From positions 22,072,001 through 22,136,000 of the forward strand of contig JBHGNT010000004.1 of NCBI GenBank assembly GCA_043228905.1: a stretch of DNA of 64,000 nt. The letters are read 5' to 3'. The stretch comes from Azolla caroliniana (taxonomy: Eukaryota; Plantae; Polypodiophyta). The position numbers and the translations under genes are program-made. Below are positions 63,539-64,000 of this stretch, piece by piece. The notes below the pieces were generated by a model. It did no database searches, was not told where the DNA came from, and saw only the letters and a list, made by a program, of their open reading frames with translations. The stretch's first letter is position 1, and each line of letters starts with the position of its first letter.

Positions 63539-64000
63539 TGTTGTAGTGTAGTCTGCACACTACGTGAAAAATGTAAAAATAATATATCCGATTTAAGTAC
63601 ATATATATAAATAAAAGAAAATATTAAAATATTTATTACATGCATAGGGCAGGATTCAAACCCTGTACCTCCATTTATAAGAAAAATATAAACCAATAAA
63701 AAAAATACTCGTGCACATCTAGCATGCATGAGCACTATATTTAGGAAATAAAAGCATAGTGGAAAAAGCACGTTAGGCAGATGAACACTTTAGAAAAAGA
63801 AGGACGCTATGCTTAGTCTCTCCCATCCTTATAAAAGGAGGAGGGAAAGATGTATATGGGGGTTGATTATTTTGTAAGGAAGGACCAATATAATATATTC
63901 GTGGGATTCACGAATTTGTCATCTAAATTGTCTCTTACTATCTAAATATTGATTAAATACACTAAACTCGTGGGATTCACGAGATTCATAACTTATCTCT
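63539..64000. mobile_element. Nested insertion (probable LTR) interrupting the second Copia; continues beyond the window
   Basis: Copia reading KNVLHV breaks abruptly into TGTTGTAGTG... AT-rich non-coding sequence with TATAAAAGG and repeated TCGTGGGATTCACGA palindromes. Confidence 0.7.

Overview
Eukaryotic plant nuclear DNA with spliceosomal GT-AG introns, PLS-class PPR genes and Met-tRNA-primed Copia elements. The PPR style and compact gene spacing suggest a fern or other non-seed vascular plant (inference). From left to right the window holds: a broken Ty1/Copia element (minus strand) carrying two nested insertions (a solo LTR with a 5-bp TSD, and a truncated tRNA-Trp-primed element); a 9-exon S1/P1 nuclease gene; an 8-exon acetoacetyl-CoA thiolase with a mitochondrial-type presequence; an intronless PLS-E PPR gene; an 8-exon SPT2 gene; a CPYC glutaredoxin; a second PLS PPR gene; a tRNA-Tyr pseudogene plus two SINE-like heads; a 13-exon GH1 beta-glucosidase-like gene; a hAT element with an 8-bp TSD and an adjacent inverted partial copy; a 359-bp tandem duplication; and a second degraded Copia with another nested LTR. 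The strongest signals come from manually spliced gene models. The GH1 gene is intact but its catalytic nucleophile (ITENG to VTQTG) and most sugar-binding residues are replaced. The S1/P1 gene is intact but lacks the catalytic Zn-ligand Asp and the transition-state Arg (WADEIR to WANEIC). Both are candidate secreted pseudoenzymes or neofunctionalised proteins. Several nested LTRs also carry tRNA-like Pol III promoter motifs. Exon boundaries were inferred by eye and no database search was run.
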